NCBI GenBank assembly: GCA_051942205.1
Contig: JAVECO010000114.1
Coordinates: 1-64,000 of the forward strand
Length of the DNA stretch: 64,000 nucleotides
Direction of reading: 5' to 3'
Source: Coniocarpon cinnabarinum
Lineage: Eukaryota
Each line of letters opens with the position of its first letter. Positions within the stretch are counted from its first letter, which is position 1. The notes under the pieces were generated by a model that searched no databases, had not been told where the DNA came from, and worked only from the letters and a program-made list of their open reading frames with translations. Position numbers and translations under genes: made by a program. Below, in pieces: positions 1 through 13,600 of this stretch.

Positions 1-321
1 CAGCCCGACCCCTCCCTCCCCTCCACGATACTAGAAAGACAACACAACCACACCCTCAACAAGCTAGACATCTACATAATTCTAATCGCGCTGTTCGCAC
101 TGCTTACAGGGACGGTCATGTTCGTGATTGCGATGCAGGAGACGCCCGTCCATGGTGATGGGTGCGACATCTGGTTCTATGGGTTCTTGGGCGGGTTTTG
201 CGCTTGTGTTGTTATGTTTGGGGTGGTGGGGTGTGCGCTTTTGAGGATTGGTATGGGGAGAGAGAGTTGGATGTGGGAGTTTGAGGGGAGGGATTTGGAG
301 AGGGGTTTTGATGGGAGATGA
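1..321 (+). CDS. 3' end of a hypothetical membrane protein (two predicted TM helices), truncated by the window edge
   Basis: Frame 1 is open from base 1 to TGA at 319-321: QPDPSLPSTILERQHNHTLNKLDIYIILIALFALLTGTVMFVIAM...IWFYGFLGGFCACVVMFGVVGCALLRIGMG...DLERGFDGR. It has two hydrophobic stretches and no recognised family. Confidence 0.55.
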   Translation, partial: QPDPSLPSTILERQHNHTLNKLDIYIILIALFALLTGTVMFVIAMQETPVHGDGCDIWFYGFLGGFCACVVMFGVVGCALLRIGMGRESWMWEFEGRDLERGFDGR

Positions 322-558
322 GGATGTAGATATTGAGGTGGAGTGGGTTGTGTTGTGGTGTTGTTGTCGAGCAGCGGGAGAGTCTCCTGGATTATCGTGT
401 ACATTGGGTACACATCAGGGATACTGCGAAATGACGGGATGTGAACCTGTAGTTAATGTATGAGTTTCTGCTGTCTAAAATCGCGGATCTTGATAGCACA
501 AAGCCTGTATGATTGATCACGTACTTTGCATACATAATGCAAACATATCCATTAAAGA

Positions 559-3500
559 TCAAAAGTCCATCTTCAGCGCGATCGTAGGTGCGCTCTCCTC
601 CTTGGCCGTCTCTCTGCCGTGGCTCGCAGCACTCGCATTGATGCCAACGCCGCCACCCCGTCGCAGCACTTCCTCCACAAAGGACTTCTGCTGCACATCC
701 ATACCAGCAACCACGCTCTTGAACAACGCAGGTTCTCGTCTCGCCAGCTCAAGCAGTCTTCCGCTGGTATCTGGCCAGGTTTTCTCGCCTTCTTGTCTTG
801 CGCGTTGCATGACAGCGGGGATGACGATGCCGGCTGCGGCGTTCTTGGCTGATGGATGAGGCAGCGACAGCACGAAGGAGATGAGTGCACCCGCAACGGT
901 GCCTCGCGCCTCTTCTGTGCCCTCGATCTCGCTTGGTGCGACGAGAAAGCTAACGAGTCTGGGGAGGAGTGTACTCGCTATCTTCGCTTCAGTGGAATGA
1001 GCACTTCTACCGGACTGTGCTGCTGTTGTTGGCAGAAGGAGCAACGATCGAGACAGTCCTGCAGCAACTTTAGTAGTCATGGCGCTGTCCAGGCAGCCGA
1101 GCAGCTCGTAAAGAAAATTGGCAACGAGATCGTCATTGGCTGGGAGGACTTTGCCTGCACTTGTAAGCAGTATGGTGCCCGCGAGAAGGCTGTTCTTCTC
1201 GGCCGCGACTGCAGCGTCCATCTCTCGTTTCTGGGCATTCTTGATGATGGATGTCACACCTCGCAGCATGGTTCGAAGTTGAGAGGTCGTCTCTGGCGAA
1301 GGGGCGTTACGACTGAGGCTGAGAATGAAGCGCCGGAAGATTGGGAGGGCATTTGGTACCAACGACTCTTGACAAGAGGGCGTAGTAAGGACGCTGCTGA
1401 AGATGTGAAGTATACAGGCATGGAGATCGGATCTAATGACCGAGGGAAAGACTGAGGCTGAGTCGACGAGGGCGGTAAGTGCGAGCATCATGAGAGTGAT
1501 CGTCTCTGATGGGAATGTAGACCGGGATGGGGTTGGCATTTCAGATAGGTTGGGGATGTAGCGGGACAAGATGAGGACAGTGATTCGTGTAAGCTCAAAC
1601 AGCTGGTCAATGTCATCAGACAGATGAGATTCCTCTTCTTCGGCGGTCCTGAAAAACTCATTAGCTGATCGTCAGTAAAGACTGGTCATGAACTCACTCC
1701 CTGCGTGCAGAAGGATGGTTGATGCAAAGATCTCGAGCAACCCCCACGATAACCGTCTGTATCTCCACTCCTTCTGTGAGCGCCATCCGAGCAAGAGTAT
1801 CCATCATTTCAGAGAATATCGCATCTTGATAAATAGCCATTCCTGCTACAGCGGGATTAGCGATTTTTTTGAGAGCTCGCAGAATATCAAGGTTGCGCTT
1901 GGCTGTGACTGCGGAACTGTCATTCTGTTTCGTTGACAAGGCCTCGAATGAGATACCGAACAATACAAAGAAGAACGCAACCGGCTCGTCACGGTAGTTG
2001 ATATCGTGAGACTGCGTGTGGCTCAAACCATTTGTCTTTTCTGTCGTAGTCTTCTCATCAAGGGCGTCAAAGACGAGTTCGCTGTTCTCGTCAATTAAGC
2101 TCGCTATCGCATCTACCATACTTAGCCAAGAGGCATGGTAGAAATTCAGCAGCGTAGCTCGATTCAGAGAAGAGTAGATAACGTCGAGACCAGTGCCAAG
2201 TGCCCCTGTGGATGCAGCGCCCGTGATATCGGGTTCAAATTTAAGCTTTGCGTAGTCTCGCAGTGAGGACAGCCACAACGGAGCGAGTTTGGCAAGATGA
2301 GGTCGTAGAATATCTGCCAAGTACGTCTGGTCGTGGCTTGCAATCTGAAGCTCTGCCCAAGCTGAGAACGTAGCCAGACGCACCATGACTTGCGCGTTGG
2401 AGCTAAGACCTTTCAGGTCGCCTATGCTGAGCGATTCGGCCTCTTTTGAAAAGTCGTCTAGAGCTGACACCAAAAGCTTCAGTATGCGTCCCATGCGATC
2501 GACGCTAGTGACAATGCCTGTCGATATGAAGGACGCACAAACTCCAATGGCTTCTGCAGCGAGAGTTGGTGATGAGTCGGCTGCAAAAGCAGGAGTCAGT
2601 GCAGAGCTGATTTGAGCTTGATACTGCTCGAGCAATGTTGCTTCAGGGAAGTCAGGATCCGGCACTCGACCAAAGATCTTCAGCATGCTGCCCAGGATTT
2701 GAATGCCCTGTATCCTGATCTCAACGACGCCAGCCGTCGATGCAGAGAACGCAATCTTGATCATGTCCGCGACACGCGGTTGGAGCACCTCAATATTAGT
2801 TGAGTCATCATCTGCATCAACGTCCTTCGCAACACCAGATAAAATGTCATTCAAAGCTTCCATAGCAGTGTTGCGCACTTGCCATCTCAGCAGCTCTTGT
2901 CCAGCCTCTGGAGCCTTGTCAGGATCGTCTTTGGCCGTTTGTACCGCAGCAGCCGCAAACCCAGCTGCTTCCTCGTCTTGTAGGTCTGGCTCTATCTCCG
3001 CTTTAGCGGACTGTCCAGACAGTGGACCGATCTTTTGAGCCTTGACTTTGGTTAGTATGCCCTGAATGCGATGAACCCAGAGATGGATGTGGCTAATGCC
3101 GCTCTGGTGCACCCAATCGTGTATGAGGTCTTTTGCGATGCCTTGGCCATACGCTTCATGAAGGACCAGCCATACCTGCTCCTCTATCGGAGTTTCGGCA
3201 GTCGCCACTAATTCTTCAGCACCTCTCTTCATTGCATTGTACAAGCCCGTCAAGGCAGCTTGTAATACTTCCGGGTCATTCGAAGTGAGCTTCGACTGCA
3301 GCTGCCGCACGTATGGCGCAAAGCTAATGTGACCTGGAGCATACATGGAGAGATTTTCAAGACACTTCAAGCTCTGTGCTGCAACTAGTGATGAGGACTC
3401 TGTTTGGAATTGGTAAGTCAGCGTGAGGATCATGTTGCGCGTCTTCGAATTGTCTTGCAGGTCCGGACCCAAGACGTTGACCATTGAGTCGATCCCCCGT

Positions 3501-6500
3501 GCAATTGCAGTCAGCGAAGGGATGTCGACCTCCATGTTCGACGAGCCGAACGATGCACATTCTTCACCATGACTCTCGGCGACATAGAGTTGAGCCAATA
3601 AGCCAAGTGTGCTAGGCACAAAGGCTAGAAAGGCAAGGCCAGTAGCATCAGCGATTTTTGAGAGAGCATCCAAAGCCCAAAAGTGGACAGCTGGGTATTG
3701 ATCACTAGCGAGGGAGGTCAAGATGCCAAGCATGTTTTTCAAGTGCAGACCAGCTGCCATGCCACCCAACACGGAGCTGATGCATCCCAACGCCATTGCA
3801 CAGCCGGATCGAACATGTGGATCGCGATTGTTGATGATTTCGTCGGTCAGCCAGTTAATCTCTTTTTTAGTAAAGTCACTGCCACAGCATTTGCATAGCC
3901 GGCTAAGGCCCTGGGCTGCCAGACGGCGTGCGGCAAGATCAGGTTGCATCAAGAATTTCTGGAGAGCGTTAACGAACATCCATGGACGACATCGAACCGC
4001 TTACATGGAACAGCTCCTGATACGCTTTCTCCACATCTATGGATTTGACTGCGTTCATACCCGCTGGGCCTTTATCAGACATGAACAACGTCTCAATAAG
4101 GGCGCAAGATACGTTCACAAATAGTGCAATCTCCTTTGCAGTGCTCTGTTGGCCAAAGTTGTGCGACATCTGACTGAGGATCTGCTCGACTGTGCCTGAC
4201 TGAACCCTTGCACTTTGCAGAGGTACGCTCAAGGCGAACACGCGTATTGCAGCATCTATTGCGCCGGTCCCCGTTGGAGGTGGTGTCATATCAAATGCAC
4301 GATCAACATAGAGGCGCAGTGCGTCATGCTCTGGCGCATCGCACACAGGTGTTCGAATCTAGAGAAGCGTAAGCTGCAAATTATTTTCATATCTAGCGAT
4401 TGCTCATACCAATTGGTCGATGTGTTCTTCAAGGTTTAGTGTTGGCGAGCCGCTCTGGCCTCCTAAATCGAAGCCTTGTGCATGCACTGGATCGTCAAGT
4501 CCACGCACCAGGCTAGTGATACCGAATCCAGAGTTGTCTCCGACATCCCATATGGCATCCGCTGAACCTGTTGAAGACGCAATGGATGAGCTGAGTGAAG
4601 TTGAGACCATGTTGTCTGGCTCAGTAAAGCATGATGTCGCTGCGGACAGTATACTTGACTGGAGGATCTCATGATGTGCTTCAGAAACGTTGATCTCAAG
4701 AATTTGAGACGAACATTCGAATACCCGGCGACGAATCATCAAGTCGAAGTCTTGTAATTGCAGAGAGAAGTTGAGCCTCCTCTCGGGTTCCTCGGAAGTC
4801 TTGCGGACGGGCAGGCTATTCAAAAATTCGGTTGTATTAGTCAACATTAAGGCAATTCTTTTTGCAACGTCGACAGTAACTAGTCGCTTATTGTAAGCCA
4901 AGAAGGCAGAGATCGAGCTCAGCGCACATTCTTTGACATGCGCCAGAAAAGTGAGTTCCATAAGCGTGCGCTTGCCAATATTCTCGTCCGCCAACGGTTT
5001 CGGTAGAGCATTTCGCCATAATAATAGTAGCTGGCTGAGGTGAATTTTAACAAAGTTTGGTCCAAGGGACATGAGCCCTCCAATCATGATCCAGGCAACC
5101 TGTATTTGTATGCTCGAGATGCGAATGTCGGCACCGCTACTTGATTTCAGGATCGACGTCGCTTGTGTGAGTATGCGAGCGTAGGCTTCGATGGATCCGT
5201 ATAGAGGCTGCTGGGCAGCGGTGCTTACTGCAGCCGCAAGTCCCAAAGCAAAACCAAGGCATCGGCGTGGAGATTTGCGGGAGTTGCTGAGCTGTCCGAT
5301 CTCTCTCTTGACGCTGTTCATACAGATCGTGACGCATGGAAGAAGTTGGGAAGGGCAAGCAAGAACGAAGGTTTTCAGGCATCTCGATGCATGAACTTGT
5401 ACCGTGTAGCTGGGATGTTCGAGAACCTGTAAGAGGGCTTCTTTGCACTGATCGGCCACGGTGTTAGAAGCAGACTGCAGGCATTCTATCAGTACCGTCA
5501 ACGCGTCGAGTGCTCCGATCAGCACCTGCTTGCTAGGCTCAGGTCTTTCCCTGATTTCACTTTGAGGATAGTCCTTCAGAATACCGTTCACCAGAAACCT
5601 GACGGCATTGATTTGAGCTGACTCGCCAAGAATCTTCTTTCCAACTACTTCACTCAGAACTATTCGAACGAATTTCCGGGAAACGAGAAGCCGATATCGA
5701 TTGTGGATGAGTGCATTCGAATTCAGCAGATCATTGAAAAGCTGCGAAGCTATGGTGCCGTACTCCTCTTCGACGGTCACTTCACCGAGCTTCCTGAGCG
5801 TCTTGGAAAGTGTTGAGATAATGCCTGCTCTGCTCCGGTTAGAAGTTGTCGGTTTGCAATATTGTGAGACTAGTTGTCTCAGTATGCCTGTCACAGTGAA
5901 GGACATCACCGGTGTCTGCGGCCCTGGTGAAGCTGCACGCTCTTGCATACCCTCCTCGCCGTCTTCTTGTGGTGCCGTCTTGGTTTTCTTCAGTTTTTTG
6001 GGCTTTGCTGCGAGCTCACCACCAGACTTTGAGTAGTGCTTGACGTATACAGCACTGAGACAGGAAGACGCTGCTCGCCGTACGGTTGAGGACGATGCAT
6101 CCAACGCTTTCCATAGAACCTGCTGCAACTTGTCGAAATCGCTATGGTTGTCAAAATACGGCGTGTGTAGGGAAAGTTGCTCAAGACACCAGCACGCATG
6201 TGATTGAACAAGAAGAGCTTTGTCATTCGCGGCCAGTTGTCGCGCTTGCTTCAATATATCTCTAGAAATCTGATCATCCATCGACTTGTTGACCCCCCGG
6301 ACGACACGCCCCAGAGCTTTAATAACAGATGCGCGCAAACCAGCATGATTTGAGGCGGCTTTTAGCGTACGCAACAGGACTGTCCCCGCGAGAGGCGCTG
6401 TACTGATCGCGCTGTCACCAGCGGTCTCAAACGCTATGCCCAAGCAGTGGACAGCCGCATGTTTGTTGGCACTGTCCTTGGGTCCCTTGCTAGCATTTAT

Positions 6501-6824
6501 GAGCTCCACAAGTTGATTCACAGTCTCAAATAGGATTTTGCGGTCGCCCTTGTTTAGCACACCAGCAAGACACTGGCCTAGGTTGTTTCTTATAACTCTC
6601 GTGGGTATGGGTGAAGGCAACTCTATAATCTTCAAGACCTCTTGTTTGACTGGTAGCTGCAGGGCGGTGGCAGCCTCAGCATCGAGGGCAGAAACGTGGC
6701 GAGCGAGCTCGGAGGTGAAAGTCAGTAGGTAGAGATCCTGCTGCTCTGAGGGTAGAGAATGCAGCTTCTCGACGTCTAGTTGCGGACTTGTATGCTTTTC
6801 CTGAGATGAGTCTTCCGGAGCCAT
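559..6824 (-). CDS. LAA1: HEAT-repeat AP-1 accessory protein, Laa1/Sip1/HEATR5 family (~2039 aa, 4 exons)
   Basis: Four minus-strand ORFs join in frame through GT-AG introns at 4359-4409, 3959-4004 and 1649-1697 (6120 nt CDS). Family-typical motifs: FVKIHLSQLLLLWRNALPKP, PDPDFPEATLLEQYQAQISSALTPAF, and C-terminal PTIALKMDF. Confidence 0.9.
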
Positions 6825-7078
6825 GGTCGCATCTCAACCTTCAAATTGTTTTCGAAACAGTGTGTCAAGTCTGAAGACTCAGGTTCCTCTGCCTGAAGCT
6901 CAAATCTGACTGGATACACGTTTGTGGAAGGTATAAGTACGTTTAGTTGAAACTCCAACGCTCCGCACCTTGGGCTTTAATGCCTCATGATTCAGGCGTG
7001 AAATAATATATGTTAAGCTTCCCAGAACATTGTAGCTCACACAGTACACTCCATCCTTGAGTTGCATCCATCGCAAAC

Positions 7079-7906
7079 ATGGATCTTCTGCAAACCGTCC
7101 GCAAGGAAGGGTCTCGTGGCGGACGTGCCAACTTTACCTGGGACGAGGTCAAGAATGACACGCAGCGCGAGAACTACCTCGGGCACTCGCTCATGGCGCC
7201 AGTTGGTCGCTGGCAAAAAGGGCGTGACCTACAATGGTACGCCCGCAACAAAGACGGCGACGATGGTGCTGAGAAGTCCGAGGCTGAAAAGCGTAAGGAA
7301 GAGATCAGAAAGGTGAAAGAGCAAGAGGAAGACGCAATGGCACGGGCGTTGGGGTACGACGTACCGCCACGCGGTGAAGAAGGAAATGGAACAGGCGCGA
7401 ATGGCGTGCCCGTGGATGGACAGAAGGAGGTGCAACGGGCGCTAAAGGAGAGCGCAGCTGGGAGGGACGAAGATGGGGAGACTGGGGGGCAGGGACTGGG
7501 GTATGGAGGGCGAGGTGGCAAAAATTTTGACACTGAGGATAGGATGAAGGGCACCAGAGTTGAAAGGTCCAGACGTAACGTCCGCGAGCGAAGAGAGAGA
7601 AGTCGATCTCGAGATCGGGAGCGAAGGCGGGACCACACGCGAAGGGACGAGCGACGTAAAAGTCGCGACAGAGACCATAGACACAGACGGCATCGGTCAC
7701 GCAGTCGGTCCAGATCTCCTCAACGCAGCAGATATCGCAGTCGAAGCCGTGATTTCTATCGACGTGAGAGGAAAGGCGAAGCATATCACAATGACTATCA
7801 TGAGCGTCGTCACGACAGATACGAGCGTCGACCTAGCAGAGAGAGGAAACGATCCGAGTCTCCGCGCAATCGCAAAAGATCTCTCTCGCCGAGGCATCGT
7901 CGCTGA
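7079..7906 (+). CDS. MMtag-domain (multiple myeloma tumour-associated protein 2 / C1orf35-like) protein with an Arg/Ser-rich tail
   Basis: The N-terminus GSRGGRANFTWDEVKND..RENYLGHSLMAPVGRWQKGRDLQWY is the MMtag signature; the C-terminus is RS/RD low complexity. Confidence 0.85.
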   Translation: MDLLQTVRKEGSRGGRANFTWDEVKNDTQRENYLGHSLMAPVGRWQKGRDLQWYARNKDGDDGAEKSEAEKRKEEIRKVKEQEEDAMARALGYDVPPRGEEGNGTGANGVPVDGQKEVQRALKESAAGRDEDGETGGQGLGYGGRGGKNFDTEDRMKGTRVERSRRNVRERRERSRSRDRERRRDHTRRDERRKSRDRDHRHRRHRSRSRSRSPQRSRYRSRSRDFYRRERKGEAYHNDYHERRHDRYERRPSRERKRSESPRNRKRSLSPRHRR

Positions 7907-8046
7907 CATGGGCAAAGATGGAAATCTTTCGCGTTTGAGCAAGGCGTTGGTGGGCACCTAGACGAAGTCTGAGACATCCAAGTATAGACATATTAGTCCT
8001 TGACATTGGACTGGTTTTGTACATTCTATTCTGAACATTCTTCACG

Positions 8047-8952
8047 CTATACGATTCGAAACGGGTATCTTAGGGCCTCTTCATTCACGTTTGTCCACAC
8101 CTTCTGCACTCCCGGAAAGTCCTCCAACTTCTCTGCCAGAGCCTCTATTTCCTGCTGTTGCTCCTCCCCCAGATCCTCCACGGTCGTATCTTCATTGGGA
8201 TGCCACACCGTCTCTACTTTTTCCAGTCCCACTCCTAGGTGATGAACAAGCATACTCTCCATGTCTTTGAGGGCTTCCGGCTCGGTGTCAATCACTAACC
8301 TGTCTTTATCGTCATGATTGATATCCAGACAACCTTCCACTTCCATCGCTTCATCAATGATAGCATCATCATCTTCATGTATTCTTCGGTCCAAGACAAC
8401 CCGTCCTCTTCGCTTAAAGGCGTAAAGCGCCGGCGTCTCCCTCGCGCCACCCTTTTTGAGCATCAGCCGTATCTCTTGCAGCGCCAGAGCCTTGTTCTCG
8501 AAGTCTCCTTCTACCATCATTGCGACGGGTTTTGTGCCCGGAAACATTGCCTCCACGAGCAGCGGCTCAAACGGCTTTCCATCGGCTGTTTTGCCTTGTC
8601 CGCGTTGCAAAGCAGCCTCTATTGATTGCTTTGACATGCCAGTGCTTCTAGCATTGGATATGGCCGTGGCGAGCTTTGCGTTGAGCTTGGGATCGGCGCC
8701 ATGGAGGCGGGTGGTGTTAACGATGTCGCGAGCGTAAATGTTGCGAGCTTTGTTCTTTCGTGTGTCAGCTTTGACTTTGTCGTGCTTGATTGTAGCCCAT
8801 TTCGAATGGCCCGAGGAATTGGAGGGCGTGTTATGCAAGAGTCGAGATCGGGCGGAACAGGGGCATGGCCGCTCGGCAAGACAGCGAAGAAAGCGCAAAG
8901 TATGTGGAGAGACGCCTGAACCCATGAACTTTCTACAAGGTACAAGTATCAT
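8047..8952 (-). CDS. YebC/PmpR/TACO1 family protein, probably mitochondrial
   Basis: SGHSKWATIKHDK, DPKLNAKLATAI...MSKQSIEAAL and C-terminal LEDFPGVQKVWTN match the family. An Arg-rich leader precedes them. The start could be ATG 8952 or 8925. Confidence 0.85.
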   Translation of the reverse strand: MILVPCRKFMGSGVSPHTLRFLRCLAERPCPCSARSRLLHNTPSNSSGHSKWATIKHDKVKADTRKNKARNIYARDIVNTTRLHGADPKLNAKLATAISNARSTGMSKQSIEAALQRGQGKTADGKPFEPLLVEAMFPGTKPVAMMVEGDFENKALALQEIRLMLKKGGARETPALYAFKRRGRVVLDRRIHEDDDAIIDEAMEVEGCLDINHDDKDRLVIDTEPEALKDMESMLVHHLGVGLEKVETVWHPNEDTTVEDLGEEQQQEIEALAEKLEDFPGVQKVWTNVNEEALRYPFRIV

Positions 8953-9133
8953 GGCGTTACACAAGCTTCTGTCCAGGTAGCACAAGATTTGGTTCGATCC
9001 GGCAGGGTGGATAAAGATCTTGCGAGTACCGTGATGGTCCAGATTTAAACCTCGCTCACTGAATTACATATGCGCGACTCTACCAAAGACGTGAGAACCA
9101 ATATATTATGTATACTAAAGATGGGGCCTAAGT

Positions 9134-9984
9134 CTACTCTGTTTGAGCCTCTTCAACCATACATCGACAAGACGCCTCATAAACCTCTCTTACAACATCC
9201 ATTTGCTCCTTTGTCCTTGGGGCGTATATGAACGTAAATCCAATATGAAACCACTGCGACAGCATATGTCGCTGCCCCCAGCCCTTCGAAACCACCTCTG
9301 CCGCATCCGCTGGCGACAAAGAGACATGGCCAGACCAGTCTGAGTCCAGATGCACATGCGCACACTCGCCCCTCGTCCACCGCGCCCACTTCGGTGGCTG
9401 GAGACCCTCCGCGAGCCAAAGGGCAGGCCCTCGAGCTTCCTGACGAGAAGTGCCTATGCGCAACGACTTCGAATCGGCGACGAGCTCGTCAAGGAGACGG
9501 CGCTGAGCCTGAAACGTGTCAGCACGTGCGTGTGTAACATTAGTTCCTCATGCAAGGAGGGAATTTCTACCTCATGCACACCCTCCTCTACCGGCGCGCT
9601 TCCACTTTCTTGTCTCTGCGGCGCGATCCACATCTCGCTCACTAAAGGCCTGGCTTCATCCCGCGTAGGCAGCGGCCGCTTCAAATAGCTTCTCTTCGCT
9701 GCGGCGCCGTGGAGCGATGTGTACGGTGGATAAGAGTATGGCCATAAGCTGATCATGTCGTGCAAACCCAATGGCCTGAATAGCCATTGAATCATCCAGC
9801 CCAAAGGATTGGCAGGGAGACCGCCTTCGCCTAAATTCCTCCATCGTGCGTAATTCTGATAGATGGAACGGAGAATGACGTATAGAAAAAGAGCGCCGTG
9901 CGAAGCGCCAAGCATAGCGAGCCTCGGATGGGCGCGGATGTGTTCTACAACGGGTGAGAGAGCGCTACGCTGAGAAGTGGCCAT
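9134..9984 (-). CDS. Luciferase-like (DUF5519-type) domain protein with an N-terminal hydrophobic segment (~262 aa)
   Basis: Two ORFs are joined by an intron at about 9509-9570 (acceptor TTTCAG clear, donor choice uncertain). Motifs: WRNLGEGGLPANPLGW, IAPQRQ, ECAHVH..DWSGHVSLSPADAAEVVSKGWGQRH, IYAPRT. Confidence 0.75.
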
Positions 9985-10677
9985 GTTTGCGCTGCGCGTG
10001 CTGCAGTGAGGACAAGGATGACGCTATTAGAGTAGACTGCAATACCGTGGCGCAGCGAGAGGGGACAGAAGAGACAAAAGAGCAACTCATCATTCTTTCA
10101 CTGGCATCAGCGCCTGTCACCAGCGTTTCAGTATTACATGGGGTAGGTTGCGGAGCACGGGGCGCGAGGCATGGGTCTAATGGAGACGGGCTCGGACGTC
10201 TAAGGCTCCGATCCGACCTAGCAGTCACTGAGGTGGCAAGTATTGGAAATGGGACAATAGCCAACGCTTTCTGCGAAGCGGATCACTTGCGTTACCAAAA
10301 GGCGAGCAAAAGGTGGAGCAGTGACGCGCTTTCGCATTGCTTCCCCTCAGATACGTAGTAGGTACATACTCAAGCGTTAGTTCATCCAGCATCCTACAGC
10401 CCTCGTCGTAGCCATTGGTGACCATCATCATCGCCAAAAACGACCCAGCCTGTCCCAAAGTGCCTTCTGCGGGCTTTTCGAAAACCAAATAATAATGAGC
10501 AGAAACATGAGTAATCCTCCCAAGGTCCTTTTGGGTGTACACGACAGATCCTCCCAATTTTTATACAAATATGAAAACATCAACACGTCGTTAATCATAA
10601 ATTTTGAGTCGTGACAGCCTTGTTTTTCGGCTACGCTTGCGAGCAAGAAAGCCTCCCACTTCAGAGTTGGCGCCTTC

Positions 10678-13600
10678 CTAGTTCCTAGTTGACGAACCAG
10701 CGGAGCTTGATCTTTCCATGTCGATGGCGTCTGCGCCCGTCCCACCGAAGATGTTGGGCTTGGACTGCCGGCGGAATACCACACTGTCTCTGGCAGCGAT
10801 TGAAGATGCGGTGGATTGAACTGAGAGAGTCTTCAAAGGTGGTGGTGGCATCGCGGCTGTTGCAGAGCTCGGTTGGCTGCTGGTGCCGGCACTGCTCCTC
10901 GGAGGTTCTAGCACGCCTTCTTGAGGGCCATACCGAGCGCGGAGCTTCGCGATTTCTTGAAGCCGGCTTCGCCAGCTGCTTGGATGCTCGCCTGTGCCTC
11001 CAGCGCTTTCCCTGTTCGCCCACATCTGCGCAAAGCTTGATGCGTTTAGAGCCAAGAGGCGCACAAAGTCAGGCAGACTGGCCCCAGAGACGATCTTGGT
11101 AGTATGAGCAGGGGACAAGGCCGGTATTCCTGGCTTGGTGAGAACAGTGACTTTGTAGTAGACGGACCCATAGCTGTCGCCAATGTGTGTGCACGCTTCT
11201 GCATCTGGTGTGGTGGGACGGGAGGCGCCTTCTACGTCAACATCCTCGTCAACAGCCGCAGCTTGAAGTCTTGTCTCAACAAACGATGATCGCGCTTCGG
11301 GCGCAACAACAATGTTGACGCTGTTGAAGTCAGATGGAATAGTGTCGATGTTCCAGGTCATCCCGGAGTTGTTGAAGATAATATTGACGAAGTCGTTCCC
11401 TACGTGGCGCTTCTTCAAGGTTCTTTCTTTGTCGTGCTCGTGATTTGGCATCATAGTCGTCACGTGGAAGACGAGTTCGGTGACTCTATCGCGCCACGCA
11501 AAAGTAAACTTGCCATCCGTCTCGGTATCCCCGCGGTCCAAGCCCTGAGTGTTCAATTTAGCGTCACGCAGGTTGATGAGCGTGCCAATGCGGCCAAGGA
11601 AAGACGTATAGTCAGCAGAGCCCATGATGTTGGACAGGATCTCAGTCTCATTTCTTTGTCCTTCGCTCACATATATGATGCCAACTTTGTGACCATCGAG
11701 TGGCGAGATACGATCGAAGGAGTTGATAGCTCGCGTGACCGCATCTTCCTGTGGCAGCTCAATGCTGAAAGGTGTAGAGAGATAGTCCTGAAACGCGTAG
11801 AATTCTTGGAATACATGCTCCGGGAGAATACCCACATATTCATCTGTGTAAAACGATTCTGCTGCTGTTCCAATCGTGATGGGCGCTTGATGTCTTGGAG
11901 GCTTCACGATCGTGGGACGAAATGTTGAAAACGTAGTGCCCGTGGGCCGGCGTCTCACGATTTGTGAGAAACCTGTCCTGCCGGCCGTCTCGATTGTCAC
12001 TATGCTCTTACCAACGACCCAGCTCTTTGTTGTGCGTAAGCCGTCGTTTTCGTTTGCAAATAGAGGATCAGGAGCAGTCTCGTCACGATCCGAGAAAGCA
12101 ACGCGTTGCATCATGTCGATCGTGACCTGCCCCTGTTCTTCCATAACCTCTCTTCCATTGCTGTCTCTGTAGGTCAATTTCTCGGAAATCCATCCAATGT
12201 ATCTGTTGCGGTCCTGTAATTTTAAGGACATAAACCAAAAGATCAAAACGTGATACGTAAGTGCATGCACGTATTGCGGTACATCCTCTGCTACAGCCGA
12301 CGTAACGACACTGGTAGGTCTGCTTCCAATGCCGGAATCCTTAGCAACGCTGTTAGGTCGGCTTGTTGATATGCTTTCTCGGAGGCTCCATCGCTCTGTG
12401 CCCTTGATTCTAGTCTCTCGCGCCTGTTGCAAGTAGTTCAAACATATCGTGAATACTATCTTGAACTCCTCTTCCCTGAAATTCTTGATGAGCTCTGGAA
12501 GCCTCGACAAGGAAGCAAGGAATTCCAATACATGGACAGCAAGTAGCGGTTGGTTGATAGTTTGAGCCATGCGCTGGAGAGTGTTGTCCAGCATTTTGGT
12601 CAAAGACCCCGGCAGCTCATGACATGCCACAGACAAAGCGTGTATGCATATCTCCGACGTCCGTTCTCTTGAACTGATGCCGTTGATGAACATTTTGACA
12701 AGGTCATCTTCCTGATTTTTCGAGGAGTACTGTCGGTAGCTGACGAGCATGGTCAAGATGTGATATAAGCAAATTGCTGCGTCAGACCTCTGGAGGCCGG
12801 TGAACGGGGGAGGTTCATGGAAATTCTTGTTGGCTAGCTGGCTGCAAATGACGCTGCGAAGCATCTGGACCTGGGGTATTGCCTCAACAAACAAGGCATG
12901 ATTAGTCAACTGGGCTCCAAGATGCACGAGACTATAACTGTAAACCTCCCACTCGAGCTCATCTTGTTGCAAAATTTCGAGCAGGAGTTCCAGCCATGCC
13001 CCGATACGCAACACCGTGCGGCCGTTGCCTTTCTCATCGCTATCAGCCTGTTTGCGTTTGGAAGACAAAACACGACTGGCCATGCCTGGAGGCTCCTCTG
13101 GAAGACCTTTCGGACCGGGATACAGCCATAAGGGTGGAGTGGGACGATGCATGCGCGACGTGGTTGGAGACAATCGTGCCTGAGCGGCGACGTTACGATT
13201 CAATGACCGAGGAGCTGCTGATGGATTGGAACGGCGAGCGAATTGGTCCTCGATCCTCGAAGGACGTAGAATCGGGCTATCTTTGACGTTCGAGTGCTCG
13301 GCAGCGGTATCAGCTGTGCGACACAAGAGCGCGGCGATGCCCTCGCATTCGGTCGCTGACACGACGAATATGCTGTGGTTTGTCTCGGCACGGAGCCTAA
13401 ACAAAAGCTTGAGGACGATGATTCGAGCTTCTGCAGGGTATCGGCTGGACCGCGCTACGGTCAGCATCTCATCGTACAGGAGTTTTGCCTTCCAATCAGA
13501 CACGTTCATCGTCCGCAGAAAAATCTTGACAATAGCTCTCGCGATACTGGTACTAAGACCATCGACGGCGCGTTCAGCATGATAGCCCGCACGCTGAGCA